64,000 bases of DNA, taken from NCBI RefSeq assembly GCF_009914755.1, contig NC_060943.1; one strand, written 5' to 3'. Of the stretch, positions 43,601 to 58,400 are shown piece by piece (within the stretch, counting starts at the first letter, position 1; each line of letters starts with the position of its first letter). This DNA comes from the human T2T-CHM13v2.0 reference genome, Homo sapiens. Below the pieces are notes generated by a model, which was not told where the DNA came from, ran no database searches, and saw only the letters and a program-made list of their open reading frames with translations. Position numbers and translations under genes: made by a program.

Positions 43601-44761
43601 TGAGATGAATGCACACATCACAAAGAAGTTTCTCATAATGTTTCTGCCTAGTTTTCATGTGAAGATATTTCCTTTTCCACCATAGGCTTCAAAGCGTTCC
43701 AATTAACCACTTGCAGATTCTACAAAAAGTGTGTTTCCAAACTGCTCAATCAGAAGAAAGTTTCAACTCTGTGAGATGAATACACATATCACAAAGAAGT
43801 TCCTCAGAATGCTTCTGTCTTGTTTATATGTATAGCTATTTCTTTTTCACCATAGCCCTCAAATGGCTCGGAAATATCCATCTGCAGATTGTACAAGCAG
43901 GCTGTTTGCAAAGTGCTCAATCAAAGGAAAGTTTCAATTCTGTGAGATGAATGCAGGCATCACATGTAAGTTTCTTAGAAAGCTTCTGTTCAGTTTTTAT
44001 GTGAAGATGTTTTCTTTTTCACTATAGGCCTCAAAGCACTCCAAATATCCATTTGTGGATTCTACAAAAAGAGTGCTTCCAAACTGTTCATTCAAAAGAA
44101 GCGTTCAACTCTGTGAGATGAAAACATACATCACAAAGAAGATTCTCAGAAAGCTTCTGTTTAGTTTTTATGTGAAGATATTTCCCTTTTCCCAATAGGC
44201 CTTAAAGTGCTCCATATATCCATTTGCAGATTCTACAAAAAGACTGTTTCCAAACTGCTCAATCAAAAGAAAGGTTCAACTCTGTGAGACGAAAGCATAC
44301 ATTAAAAAGAAGTTTCTCAGAAAGTTTCTGTCTCAATTTTATGTGAAGATATTATGTATTTCACCATAGACCATAAAGGGATCACAAATATCCCTGTGCA
44401 GATTCTAAGAAAAGACTGTTTCCAAACTGCTCAATCAAAACAAAGTTTCAACTCTGTGAAATGAAATGATACATCACAAAGAAGTTTCTAAGAAAGCTTC
44501 TGTCTAGTTTTTATGTGAAGATATTTCCTATTTCACCTTAGGATATAAAGGGCTCACAAATATCCCTGTGGAGATTCTACAAAAAGACTATTTCCAAACT
44601 GCTCAATCAAAAAAAGGTAACTTTGTGAGATGAATACACACATCACAAAGAATTTTCTCAGAATGCGTCTGTCTAGTTTTTATGTGAAGATAATTCCTTT
44701 TCCACCATAGGCCTCAAAGCACTCCAAATATCCATTTGCAGATTCCACAAAAAGACTGTTT
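28651..44761 (-). repeat. Monomeric alpha satellite, opposite orientation
   Basis: Units read caactctgtgagatgaatgcacacatcacaaagaagtttctcagaatgcttctgtctagtttttatgtgaagatatttcc, the reverse complement of the left arrays. Confidence 0.99.
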
Positions 44762-46482
44762 ACAGTGGGGTGTTAAAGTCTGCCATTATTATTGTTTGGG
44801 AGTCTAAGTCTCTTTGTAGGTCTCTAAGGACTTGCTTTATGAATCTGCGTTCTCCTGTATTGGATGCATATATATTTAAGATAGTTAGATCTTCTTGTTG
44901 CTTTGATCCCTTTACCATTATGTAATGGCTTTCTTTGTCTAGTTTGATCTTTGTTGATTTAAAGTCTGTTTTATCAGAGACTAGGTTTGCAACCCCTGCC
45001 TTTTTTGTTTTCCATTTGTTTGGTAGATCTTCCTCCATCCCTTTATTTTGAGCCTATGTGTGTCTCTGCACCTGAGATGGGTTTCCTGAATACAGCACAC
45101 TGATGGGCCTTGACTCTTTATGCAATTTGCCAGTCTGTGTCTTTTAATTGGAACATTTAGCCCATTTACCTTTAAAGTTAATATTGTTGTGTGTGAATTT
45201 GATCCTGTCATTATGATGTTAGCTGTTATTTTGCTCGTTAGTTGATGCAGTTTCTCCCTAGCCTCGATGGCCTTACAATTTGGCATGTTTTTGTAGTGGC
45301 TGGTACCAGTTTTTCCTTTCCATGTTTAGTGCTTCTTTCAGGAGCTGTTTTAAGGCATGCCTGGTTTTCACAAAATCTCTCAACATTTGCTTGTCTGTAA
45401 AGTATTTTATTTTTCTTTCACTTTTGAAGCTTAGTTTGGCTGGATATGAAATTCTGGGTTGAAAATTCTTTTCTTTAAGTATGTTGAATATTGGTCCCCA
45501 CTCTCTTCTGGCTTGTAGAGTTTCTGCTGAGAGACCTGCTGTTAGTCTGATGGGCTTCCCTTTGTGGGTAACCCGAGCTTTCTCTCTGGCTGCCCTTAAC
45601 ATTTTTTCCTTCATTTCAACTTTAGTGAATCTGACAATTATGTGTCTTGGAGTTGCTCTTCTTGAGGAGTCTCTTTGGGGCATTCTCTGTATTTCCTGAA
45701 TTTGAATGTTGGCCCGCCTTGCTAGATTGGGGAAGTTCTCCTGGAAAATAGCCTGCAGAGTGTTTTCCAACTTGGTTCCATTCTCCCTGTCACTTTCAGA
45801 TACACCAATCAGACGTAGATTTGGTCTTTTCACATAGTCCCATATCTCCTGGAGGCTTTGTTCATTTCTTTTTTTTCTTTTTTCTCTAAACTTCTTTTCT
45901 TGCTTCATTTCATTCATTTCATCTTCCATCACAGATACCCTTTCTTCCACTTGATCACAATGGCTACTGAGGCTTCTGCATTTGTCATGTAGCTCCCATG
46001 CCTTGGTTTTCAGCTCCATCAGGTCCTTTAAGGATTTCTCTGCATTGTTTATTCTAGTTATCCATTCGTCTAATTTTTTTACAAAGCTTTTAACTTCTTT
46101 GTCATTGGTTCGAATTTCCTCATGTAGCTCGGAGTAGTTTGATCATCTGAAGCCTTCTTCTCTCAACTCGTCAAAATCATTCTCCATCCAGCTTTGTTCC
46201 ATTGCTGGTGAGGATCTGCGTTCCTTTGGAGGACAAGAGACACTCTGATTTTTAGAGTTTCCAGTTTTTCTGCTCACTTTTTTCACATCTTTGTGGTTTT
46301 GTCTACCTTTGGTCTCTCATGATGGTGATGTACATATGGGATTTTGGTGTGCATGTCCTTGTTGTTTGTTAGTTTTCCTTCTAACAAACAGGACCCTCGG
46401 CTGCAGGTCTGTTGGAATTTACTAGAGGTCCACTGCAGACCCTGTTTGCCTGGGTATCAGCAGCGGATTTGCCTGGGTATCA
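44762..46482 (-). mobile_element. Internal L1 fragment (end of 5'UTR, ORF1, 5' part of ORF2 endonuclease), L1PA4-like; no 3' end
   Basis: Minus ORFs 45273-46019 (ORF1p …YQPLQKHAKL), 44981-45286 and 44760-45038 (EN). No poly(A) or TSD. Confidence 0.96.
45273..46288 (-). pseudogene. L1 ORF1p with a disrupted N-terminal part; C-terminal 248 codons open
   Basis: Start codon (cat on +) at 46286-46288. The 1016-nt span is not divisible by 3. Confidence 0.88.
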
Positions 46483-49400
46483 CACATAAAAAAGAAGTTA
46501 CTCAGAATGCTTCTACCTAGTTTTTATGTGAAGATACTTCTTTTTCACCATAGGACTCAAATGGTTCAGAAATATCCCTTTGCAGATTCTACAAAAAGTC
46601 TTTTTCCAAACTGCTCAATGAAAAGAAAGGTTCAACTCTGTGAGATGAATGCACACATGAAAAAGAAGTTTCTCAGGATGCTTCTATCTAGTTTTTATGT
46701 GAAGATATTTTTTTTTCACCATAGGCCTCAAATAGCTCAGAAATATCCATTTGCAGATTGTACAAAAATACTTTTTCCAAACTGCTCACTGAAAAGAAAG
46801 ATTCAACTCTGTGAGATGAATGCAAATATCACAAAGAGGTTTCTCAAAAAACTTCTGTCTAGTTTTTATGTGAAGATATTTCCTTTTTAACCATAGGCAT
46901 CAAACCACTCACAAATATCCCTTTGCAGATTACACAAAAAGACTGTTTCCAAACTGCTCAATGAAAAGAAAGGTTCAACCCTGTGAGAAGAATGCACACA
47001 TGAAAAAGAAGTTTCTCAGAACGCTTCTGTCTAGTTTTTATGTGAAGATATTTCTTTTTCACCATAGGCCTCAATCTACTCAGAAATATTCCTTTGCAGG
47101 TTACACAAAAGACTGTTTACAAACTGCTCAATGAAAAGAAACGTTCAACACTGTGAGAAGAACACACACATAAAAAAAAGTTTCTCAGATTGCTTCTGTC
47201 TGGTTTTTATGTGAAAATATTTCCTTTTTTACCATAGGTCTCAATCCGCTCAGAAATATCCATTTGCAGATTGTACAAAAATACTGTTTCCAAACTGCTC
47301 ACTGAAAAGAAAGGGTCAACTCTGTGAGATGAATGCAAACATCACAAAGGGGTTTCTCAAAGAGCTTCTGTCTAGTTTTTATGTGAAGATATTTCCTATC
47401 TCACCATAGGCCATAAATGGCTCTGAAATATAACTTTCCACATTCCACAAAAGGACTGTTTCTAAACTGCTCAATCAGAAGAAAGGTTCAACTCTGTGAG
47501 ACAAATGGACACATCACAAAGAAGATTCCCAGAGAGTTTCTGTCTAGTTTTTATGTGAAGATATTTCTTTTCAACCATCAGCCTCAAATGGCTCAGAAAT
47601 ATCCCTTTGCAGATTATAAAAAAAAAAAAAAAACTGCTTCCAAACTGCTTAATCAAAAGAAAGTTTCATCCCTGTGAGATGAATGACCACATCAAAAAGA
47701 AGTTTCTCAGAATGATTCTGTTTAGTTTTTATATGAAGATATTTCATTTTCACCATATTCCTCAAAGGGCTCCAAATATCCATTAGCAGACTCTACAAAA
47801 AGAGTGTTTCCAAACTCCTCAATCAAAATAAAGTTTTAACTCTGTAAGATGAAAGCACACATCACAAAGAAGTTTCTCAGAAAGTTTCTGACTACTTTTT
47901 ATGTGAAAATATTACCTATTTCACAATAGGACTCAATGGTTTCACAAATATCCCTTTGCAGATACTAAAAAGGACTGTTTCCACAATGCTCAACCAAAAG
48001 AAAGTTTCAACTTTGTGAGATGAAAGCACATATCACAAAGAGGTTTCTCAAAATACTGCTGTCTAGTTTTTATGTGAAGATATTTCCTTTTTCACCATAG
48101 GCCTTGAACCACTCAGAAACATTCCTCTGCAGATACTACAAAAAGACTGTTTCCAAACTGCTACATCAATAGAAAGTTTCAATTCTGTGAGATGAATGCA
48201 CACAACACAAAGAAGTTTCCCAGAATACTTCTGTCTAGTTTCTTTGTGAAGATATTTCTTTTTTATCATAGCCTCAAAATGCTCCAAATATCCATTTGGA
48301 GATTATTCAAAAAGTCTGTTTCAAAACTGCTCAATTAAAGGAAACACTCAACTCTGTGAGATGAAAGCATGCATCACAGGAAGTTTCTCAGAAAGCTTCT
48401 GTCTACTTTTTATGTGAACATATTTCCTATTTCAACATAGGCCAAAAAGGGCTCACAAATATCCCTTTGCAGATTCTACAAAAGGACTGTTTCCAAACTG
48501 TTCAATAAAAAGAAACTTTCAACCCTGTGAGATGAATGCAGACATCACAATGAAGTTTCTCAGAATGCTTCTGTCTAGTTTTTATGTGAAGATATTTCCT
48601 TTTTCAACATAAGCCTCAAAATACTCACACATATCCCTATGCAGATACTACAAAAAGACTGTTTCCAAACTGCTCCATCAAAAGAAAGGTTGAACTCTGT
48701 TAGATGTATGCACACAGCACAAAGAAGTTTCTCAGAATGCTTTTGCCTAGTTTTTATGTGAAGATATTTCCCTTTTCACCATAGGCATCAAAGCATTCCA
48801 AATATTGATTTGCAGATTCTACAAAAAGACTGTTTCCAAACTGCTCAATCAAAAGAAAAGTTCAACTCTGGGAGTTGAATGCACACATCACAAAGAAGTT
48901 TCTGGGAAATATTCTGTTTAGGTTTATGTGAAGATATTACCTTTTTGACCATAGGCTGGAAAGCGCTCCAAATATCCATTTGCAGATTCTACAAAAATGG
49001 TGTTTCCAAACTGCTCTATCAAAAGAAAGGTTCAACTCTGTGAGATGAATGCACACATCACAAAGTAGTTTATCAGAATGCTTCTGTCTAGTTTTTATGT
49101 GAAGATATTGTCTTTTTCACCATAGGCCACAAAACACACCAAATATCAATTTGCAGATTCTACAAAAAGACTGTTTCCAAACTGCTCAATCAAAAGAAAG
49201 TTTCAACTACGGGAGATGAATGCACACATCACAAAGAAGTTTCTCAGAAAGCTTCCTTTTAGTTTTTATGTTAAGGTATTTCCTGTTTCACCACAGGACA
49301 TAAAGGGCTCACAAATATCCCTTTTCTGGTTCTACGAAAACACTGTTACCAAACTGCTCAATCAAAAGAAAGGTTCAACACTGTGAGATGAATGGACACA

Positions 49401-52400
49401 TTACAAAGAAATTTCTCAGAAGGTTTCTCTCTAGTTTTTATATGAAGATACTTGTTTTTCACAATAGGTCTCAAAAGGCTCAGAAATATCCCTTTGCAAA
49501 TTGTACAAAAACACTGTTTCCAAACTGCTCTATCAAAAGAAAGATTCAACTCTGGGAGAAGAATGCAAATGTCACAAAGAAGTTTCTCAAAAAGCTTCCA
49601 TTTTGCTTTTAGTGAAGATATTTCCTTTTTCATCATAGGCCTCAAAGCGCTGCAAATACCCATTTGAAGATTCTACAAAAAGAGTGTTTCCAAACTGCTC
49701 AAACAAAAGAAAGGTTCAACTGTGAGATGAATGCACACAAAACAAAGAAGTTTCTCAGAATGCTTCTGTCTAGTTTTTATGTGAAGATATTTCCATTTTC
49801 ACAATTGTCCTGAAAGCACTCCAAATATCCATTTGCAGATTCTACGAAAAGACTGTTTCCAAACTGCTCAAGCAAAAGAGAGGTTGAACTTTGTGAGATG
49901 AAAGCACACAGCACAAAGAAGTTTCTCAGAATGCTTCTCTCTAGATTTTATGTGAAGATACTTCTTTTTCAACACAGGCCTCAAACGACTCAGAATTATC
50001 CCTTTGCAGATTGTACAAAAAGACAGTTTCCAAACTGCACAATCAAAAGAAAGGTTCAACTCTGGGAGATGAATGCACACATCACAAAGAAGTTTCTCAC
50101 AAAGCTTCTGTTTATTTTTTACCTGAAGATATTTCCTTTTTCACCATATACCTCAAAGCACTCCAAATATCCATTTCTGTATTCTACAAAAAGAAAGTTT
50201 CCAAACTGCTCAATCAAAAGAAAGGTTCAACTCTGTGAGATAAATGCACACATCACAATGAATTTTCTCAGAATGTTTCTGTCTAGTTTTTGTGTAAAGA
50301 TATTTCATTTTTATCCATAGGTCTTAAATCAGTCACAAATATCCCTTTACAGATACTACAAAAAGAATGCTTCCAACCTGCTGTATGAAAAGAAAGGTTC
50401 AACTCTGTCACATGAGTGAAACCATTACAAAGGTGTTTCTCAGAATAATTCCGTCTAGTGTTTATGTGATGATATTTCATTTATCAACACAGGCCTTAAA
50501 CCACCCAAAAATATTCCTCTTCAGATACTACAAAAGGACTGTTTCCAAATTGCTCCACCAAAAGAAAGGTTCAACTCTGTGAGATGAATGCACACATCAC
50601 AAAGAAGTTTCTCAGAATGCTTCTGTCTAATTTTTATGTGAAGATATTTCCTTTTTCACCGTAGACAACAAATCGCTCCAAATATCAATTTGTAGATTCT
50701 ACAAAAAGGCTGTTTCCACACTGCTCAATAAAAAGAAAGGTTCAACTCTGGGAGATGAATGCACACATCACAAGGAAGATTCTCAGAAAGCTTCTGTTTA
50801 GATTTTTTGTGATAATAGTTTCTTTTTCACCACAGGCCTCAAAGCACTCCAAATATCTATTTGCAAATTCTACAAAAAGAGAATTTCCAAGTTGTTCAAT
50901 CAAAAGAAAGGTTCAACTCTTTGAGACAAATGCACACATAACAAAGAAGTTTCTCAGAATGATTCTGTCTAGCTTTTATGTGAAGATATTTCCTTTTTCA
51001 CCGTAGACCTTAGACAGCTCAAAAATATCCCTCTGCAGATACTACAAAAAGACTGTTTCCAAACTGTTCCATCAAAACAAGGTTCAACTCTGTAAGATGA
51101 ATGCACACATCACAAAGAAGTTTCTCAGAATGCTTCTGCCTAGTTTTGATGTGAAGATATTTCCTTTTTCAACTTTGCCCTCAAAGTGCCCCAAATATCC
51201 ATTTGCAGATGCTACAAAAAGACAGTTTCCAAACTTTTCAAAAAAAGAAACGTTCAACTCTGTGAGATGAAAGCATACATCACAAAGAAGTTTCTTAGAA
51301 AACTTCTGTCTAGTTTTTATGTGAAGATATTTCCTATTTCACCATAGGTCATAAAGGGCTCACAAATATCACTTTGCAGGTTCTACGAGAACACTTTTTC
51401 CAAACTGCTCAATCAAAATAGAGCTTCAACTCTGTGACATGAATGCACACATCACAAAGAATTTTCTCAGAATGCTTCTGTCTAGTTTTTATGTGAAGAT
51501 ATTTCCTTTTTCACCATAGACACTAAAGCATTCACAAATATCCCTCTGTATACTCTACAAAAAGACTGTTTCTAAAATTATCCTTCAAAAGAAAGTTGAA
51601 CTCTGAGATGAATGCACACTTCACAAAGGAATTTCTCAGAATGCTTATGTCTAGTTTTTATGTGAAGATATTCCCTTTTTCACGATAGTCCTCAAAGCAT
51701 TACAAATATTCATTTGAAGATTCTACAAAAAGACAGTTTCCAAATTTCTCAATCAAAAGAAAGTTTCAACTCTGTGAGATGAAAACACACATCACAAAGA
51801 AGTTTCTCAGAAAGCTTCTGTCTAGTTTTTATGTGAACATATTTCCTATTTCACCATAGGCCTCAATGGGCTCACAAATATCCCTTTGCAGATTCTACAA
51901 AAGCACTGTTTCCAAACTTGTCAATAAAAAGAAAGGTTTGACTCTGTGAGGTGAATTCACACATCACAAAGAAGTTTCTCAGAATGCTTCTGTATAGTTT
52001 TTATGTGAAGATATTTCCTTTTTCACAGTAGGCCTCAAAGCGCTTCAAATATCCACTCGCAGATTCTACACAAAGACTGTTTCCACACTGCTCAATCAAA
52101 GGAAGTTTCAACTCTGTGTAATGAATGCACATATCACAAAGAAATTTCTCAGAAAACTTCTGTTTAGTTTTTACATGAAGTTATTTCCTTTTTTTCCATA
52201 GACCTCAAAGCACTCCAAATATCCATTTGCAGATTCTACAGAAAGAGTGTTTCCAAACTGCTCAATCAAAAGAATGTTTCAACTCTGTGAGATGAAAGCA
52301 TGCATTACAAAGAACTTTCTCAGAAAGCTTCTGTTTAGTTTTCTTGTGAAGATATTTCCTATTTCACAATCACCTCAATGAGCTCACAAATATCCCATTG

Positions 52401-55400
52401 CAGATTCTACAAAAGGACTGTTTTGAAACTGTTCAAACAAAAGAAAGGTTCAATTCTGTGAAATGAATGCACACATCACAAAGAACTTTTTCAGAATGAT
52501 TCTGTCTAGTTTTTATGTGAAGATATTTCCTTTTTCATCATATTCCTCAAAGCACTCCAAATATCCATTTGCAGATTCTACCAAAAGACTATTTCCAACT
52601 GCTCAAGAAAAAGAAGGGTTCAACCCTGTGAGATGAATGCACACATCACAAAGATGTCTTTCAGAATGCTTCTGTCTAGTTTTTATGGGAAAATATTTCC
52701 TATTTCACCATAGGCAATAAAAGGCTCAAATATATCACTTTGCAGATTCTACAAAAAGACTGTTTCCAAACTGCTCAGACAAAAGAAAGTTTCAACTCTG
52801 TGAGATAAATGGACACATCACAAAGAAGTTCCTCAGAATGCTTCTCTCGAGTTTTTCTGTGAAGGTATTACTTTTTCACCATAGGCCTCAAACAGCTCTG
52901 AAATATCCCTTGCAGATTGTAGGAAAAGACAGTTTCCAAACTGCTCAATGAAAAGAAAGCTTCAATACTGTGAGATGAATGCACCCATCACAAAGAAGTT
53001 TCTCACAAAGCTTCTGTCTAGTTTTTATGTGAAGATATTTCCTATTTCACAATAGGCCTCAATCAGCTCACAAATATCCCTTTTGCAGATACTACAAAAG
53101 CACTGTTTCCAAACTGTTCCAACAAAACTAATGTTCAACTCTGTGAAATGAATGCACACATCAAAAAGAAGTTTCTCAGACTGCTTCTGTGTACTTACTA
53201 TGTGAAGGTATTTCCTTTTTCACCATAGACCTCAAAGCTCTCCAAATATCCATTTTCAGATTCTACCTAAAGACTGTTTCCAAACTGCTCAAACAAAAGA
53301 AAGGTTCAACTATCAGAAATGAATGGACACAACACAAAGAAGTTTCTCAGAATGCTTCTGTCTAATTTTTATGTGAAATATTTCCTATTTCACCATATGC
53401 CATAAAGGGCTCAAAAATATCTCTTTGCAGAATGTACAAAAAGACAGTTTCCAAACTGCTCAAAGAAAACAAAGGTTCAAATCTGTGAGATCAATGGATA
53501 CATCACAAACAAGTTTCTCAGAATGCTTCTGTCTAGTTTTTATGTGAACACATTACTTTTCCACCATAGGCCTCAAGCAGCTCACAAATATTCCCTTACA
53601 GATTGTACAAAAAGAGTGTTTCCAAACTGCTCAATCAATAGAAACTTTCAACTCTGTGAGATGAAAGCATACATCACAGAGATGTTTCTCAGAAAGCTTC
53701 TGTCTAGTTTTTGTGTGAAGATATTTCCTATTTCACCATACGCCATCAATGGATCACAGATATCCCATTCCAGATTCTGCAAGAGGACACTTTCCAAACT
53801 GTTCAATCAAAAGAAAGGTGCAACTCTGTGAGATGACTGCACACATCACAAATAAGTTTCTCAGAATGCTTCTGTCTAGATTTTATGCGAGGACATTTGC
53901 TGTGTCACCATAGGCCTCAAAGTGATCCAAATATCCATTTGCAGATACTACATAAACACTGTTTGCAAGCTGCTCAATCAAAAGAAAGGTTGAACTCTGT
54001 GAGATGAAAGCATACATCTCAAAGAAGTTTCCCACAAACCTTCTGTGTCGTTTTTATGTGGAGATATTTCATATTGCACAATAGGCCATAAACGGCTCAC
54101 AAATATCCTTTTGCAGATTGTACAAAAAGACTGTTTCCAAACTGCTCAATCAAAAGAAAAGTTCAACGTGTGAGACGAATGTGCACATCACAAAGGAGTT
54201 TCTCAGAATGCTTCTGTCTAGTTTTTATGTGAAGATATTTCCTTCTTCACCACAGGCCTCAAAGTGCTCCAAATATTCATTTGCAGATTCTACAAAGAGA
54301 CTCTTTCCAAACTGCTCAATCAAAAGAAAGATTGATCTCTTTGAGATGAAAGCACACATCACAAAAAGTTTCACAGAAAACTTCTGTCTAGTTTTTATGT
54401 GATAATATTTCCTATTTCATGATATGCTTCCATGTGCTCACAAATATCCCTTTTCAGATTCTACAAAAGGACTGTTTCCAAACTGTTCAATCAAAAAAAA
54501 GGTTCAACTCTGAGAGATGAATGCACACATCACAAAGAAGTTTCTCATAAAGCCTCTGTTTAGTTTTTATGTGAATATATTTCCTTTTTCACCATCTGCC
54601 TCAATGTGCTGCAAATATCCATTTGCAGATTCTACAAAAAGAGTGTTTCCAAACTGCTCCATCAAAAAAAAGGTTCAATTCCATGAGATGAATGCACCCA
54701 TCACAAAGGAGTTTCTCAAAATGCCTCTGTCTAATTTTTTTTTTTTGATGATATTTCATTTTCCACTATAGGTCTCAAAGTGCTGCAAATATCCATTTGC
54801 AGATTCTACAAAACAACTGTTTCCAAACTGCTCTATCATAATTAAGGTTCAACTCTGGGAGAGGAAATCACACATAACAAAGAAGTTCCTCAGAAACTTC
54901 TGTCTAGTTTTTGTGTGAAGATATTTCCTATTTCACCATAGGCCACAAAGGGCTCAAAAGTATCCCTTTGCAGATTCTGCAAAAGGACTCGTTCAAAACA
55001 GCCCACTCAAAGGAAAGTTTCATCTGTGTGAGATGAATACACAGATGACAAAGTAGTTTCTTAGAATGCTTCTGTCTAGTTTTTATGTGAAGATATTTCC
55101 TTTTTCATCATAGGCCTTAAACCACTCACAAATATACCTCTGCAGATACTACAAAACGACTGTTTGCCAACTACTCAATCAAAGGAAAGGTGCATCTCTG
55201 TGAGATGAATGCACACATCACAGAGAAGCTTATCAGAATGCTTCTGTCTAATTTTTATGTGAAGATATTTCCTTTTTCACCATAGGCCTCAATGTGCTCT
55301 AAATATCCATTTGTAGACCACACAAAAAGACGGTTTCCAAACTGCTCAATCAAAAGAAAGTTTCAACTCTGGTAGATGAAATCATATATGACAAAGAAGT

Positions 55401-58400
55401 TTCTCAGAAAGCTTCTGTCTAGTTTTTGAATGGAGATATTTCCTATTTCACCAAAGGACAGAAATGGCTCAAAAATATACATTTTCAGATTCTACAAAAG
55501 GACTCTTTACAAACTGCTCCATCAAAAGAAAGTTTCAATTCTGTGAGATGAATACACCGATTACAAAAAGATTCTCAGAATGCTTCTGTCTAGTTTTTAT
55601 GTGAAGATATTTTCTTTTTCACCATAGGCATTACATTGCTCACAAATATCCCTCTGCAGCTACTACAAAAAGACCGTTTCCAAAATGCTCATTCAAAAGA
55701 AAGGTTCAACTCTGTGACATGAAAGGGCACATCACTATGAAGTTTCTCAGAATGCTTCTCTCTAGTTTTTAAATGAAGGTACTTCTTTTTCACCATAGGC
55801 CCAAATGGGCTCACAAATATCCCTTTACAGATTGTAGAAAAGGACTGCTTCCAAACTGATCAAATGAAAGAAAGTTTCAACTCTGTGAGATGAATGCAAA
55901 CATCACAAAGAAGTTCCTCAGAATGCTTCTGCCTAGTTTTTATGTGAAGATATTTCCTTTTTCACCATAGGCCTCAAAGTGCTTCAAATATCCATTTGCA
56001 GATTCTACCAAAAGACTGTTTCCAAACTGCTCAAACAAAAGAGAGATTCAACTATCAGAAATGAATGGACACAACACAAAGAAGTTTCTCAGAATGCCTC
56101 GGTGCACTTTTTATGTGAAAATACTTATTTTTCACCACAGACCTCAAATGTCTCGGAAACATCCCTTGCAGATCGTACAAAAAGACTGTTTCCAAACTGC
56201 TCAATCAAAAGTAGGTTTCAAATCTGTGAGGTGAATGCACCCATCACAAAGAAGTTTCTCAGAAAACTTCTCTTATTTTTTCTGTGAAGATATTTCCTTT
56301 TTCACCACAGGCCTCCAAGCACTCCAAATATCCATATGCAGATTATACAAAAAGAATGTTTCCAAACTGCTCCATCAAAAAAAGGTTCAACTCTGTGAGA
56401 TGAATGCACACATCATAGAGGAGTTTGTTAGAATTCTTCTGTCTAGTTTTTATGTGATGATATTTCCTTTTTCACCATAGGCCTAAACTGCTCACAAATA
56501 TCCCTCTGCAGATAATATGAAAAGACTGTTTCCAAACTGCTCCATCAAAAGAAAGCTTCAACTTTGTGAGAGGAATGCACACAACAAAAAGCAGTTTCTC
56601 AGAATGCTTCTGTCTAGATTTTATGTCAAGATATTTCCTTTTTCTCCATAGGCCTGAAAGTGCTCCAAATATTCATTTGTAGATTCTACAAAAAGACTGT
56701 TTCTAAACTGCTCAATCAAAGAAAGGTTCAACTCTGTGGGATGAAAGCACACATCACAAATTAGTTTCTCAGAAAGCTTCTGTCTAGGTTTTATGTAAAG
56801 ATATTTCCTATTTAGCATAGGCCACAATGGGCTCACAAATATCCCTCTGCAGATTCTTCTAATGGACTGTTTCCAAACTGTTCAAGAAAAAAAAGCGGTG
56901 TTGCCAAACTGCTCCAAAAAACGAAATGTTCAACTCTGTGAGGTAAATGCACACATCACAAAGAAGTTTCTCAGAATGCTTCAGTCTAGTTTTTATGTGA
57001 AGATACTTCCTTTTGGACCATAGGCCTCAAAGCTCTCCAAATGTCCATTTGGAGATCCTACAAAAACACTGCTTCCAAACTGCTCAATGAAAAGTAACGT
57101 TCAACTCCGTGGGAAGAAAGCATACATCACAAAGTTTCTCAGAAAGTTTCTGTCTAGTTTTGGAGTGAACATATTTCCTATTTCATCGTAGGCCATAAAG
57201 GGCTCACAAATATCCCTCTGCAAATTCTACGAAAGGACTCTCTCCAAACTGCTCAATCAAAAGAAAGGCTCAACTCTGTGAGATGAATGCAAATATCACA
57301 AAAAAATTCTCAGAATGCTTCTGTCTAGTTTTTATGTGAAGGTATTTCCTTTTTCACCATAGTCCTCAAAGTGCTCCAAGTATAGATTTGTAGATTCTAC
57401 AAAAAGATTTTGTCGAAACTACTCAATCAAAAGAAAGGTTGAACACTGGGAGATGAATGCACAAATCACAAAGGAGTTTCTCAGAATGCTTCTGTCTAGT
57501 TTTTATGTGAAGATATTTCCTTTTTCATCATAGGCCTTAAACCGGTCACAATTATCCCTATGCAGATACTACAAGAAGACTGTTTCCAAGCTGCTCCATC
57601 AAAAGAAAAGTTCAACTCTGAGAAATGAATGCACACATCACAAAGAAGTTTCTCAGAATGCTTCTGTCTAGTTACTATGTGAAGATATTTCCTTTTTCAC
57701 CATAGGTCTCAAAACGCTCCAAATACCCATTTGCAGATTCTACAAAAAGACTATTTCTAAACTGCACAATCATCAGAAAGGTTCAAGTCTATGAGATGGA
57801 AACATACATCAGATAGAAGTTTCTCAGTAAGCTTCTGTCTAGTTTTTATGTGAAGATATTTCCCTTTTCACCATAGGCCTTAAACTGCTCACAAATATCC
57901 CTCTGCACATACTACAAAGAGACTCTTTCCAAACTTCTCCATCAAAGGAAAGGTTCAACTCTGTGAGATGATTGCAAACATCACAAAAGATTTTGTCAGA
58001 ATTCTTCTGTCTAGTTTTAATGTGAAGATGTTTCCTTTTTCACCTTCAGCCTCAAAGCGCTCCAAATATCCAGTTGCATATTCTACAAAAATGCTTTTTC
58101 CAAACTGCTCAATCCAAAGAATGGTTCAATGCCATGAAATGAAAGCACACATCACAAAGTAGTTTGTCAGAAAGCTTCTGTCTGGTTTTTATTGAAGATA
58201 TTTCCTGTTTCACCATAGGCTTCAATGGGCATAAAAATATCCCTTTGCAGATTTTACAAAAGGACTGTTTCCAAACAGTTCAAACAAAAGAGAGGTTCAA
58301 CTCTGTGAGATGCAATCACACATCACAAAAAAGTTTGTCAAAATGCTTCTGTCTACTTTTTATGTTGATATATTTCCTTTTTCATCATAGGACATAAAGG

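Noticed and set aside
47618-47633. Long A run as a possible retro-insertion tail
   Set aside because: It replaces the normal caaaaaga run with no TSD or body, so it is a simple homopolymer expansion, like the T runs at 20896 and ~54735.
56860-56925. Non-consensus stretch aaaaaaaagcggtgttgccaaactg as a foreign insert
   Set aside because: It is a diverged ~33-bp local duplication of the tgtttccaaactg segment.
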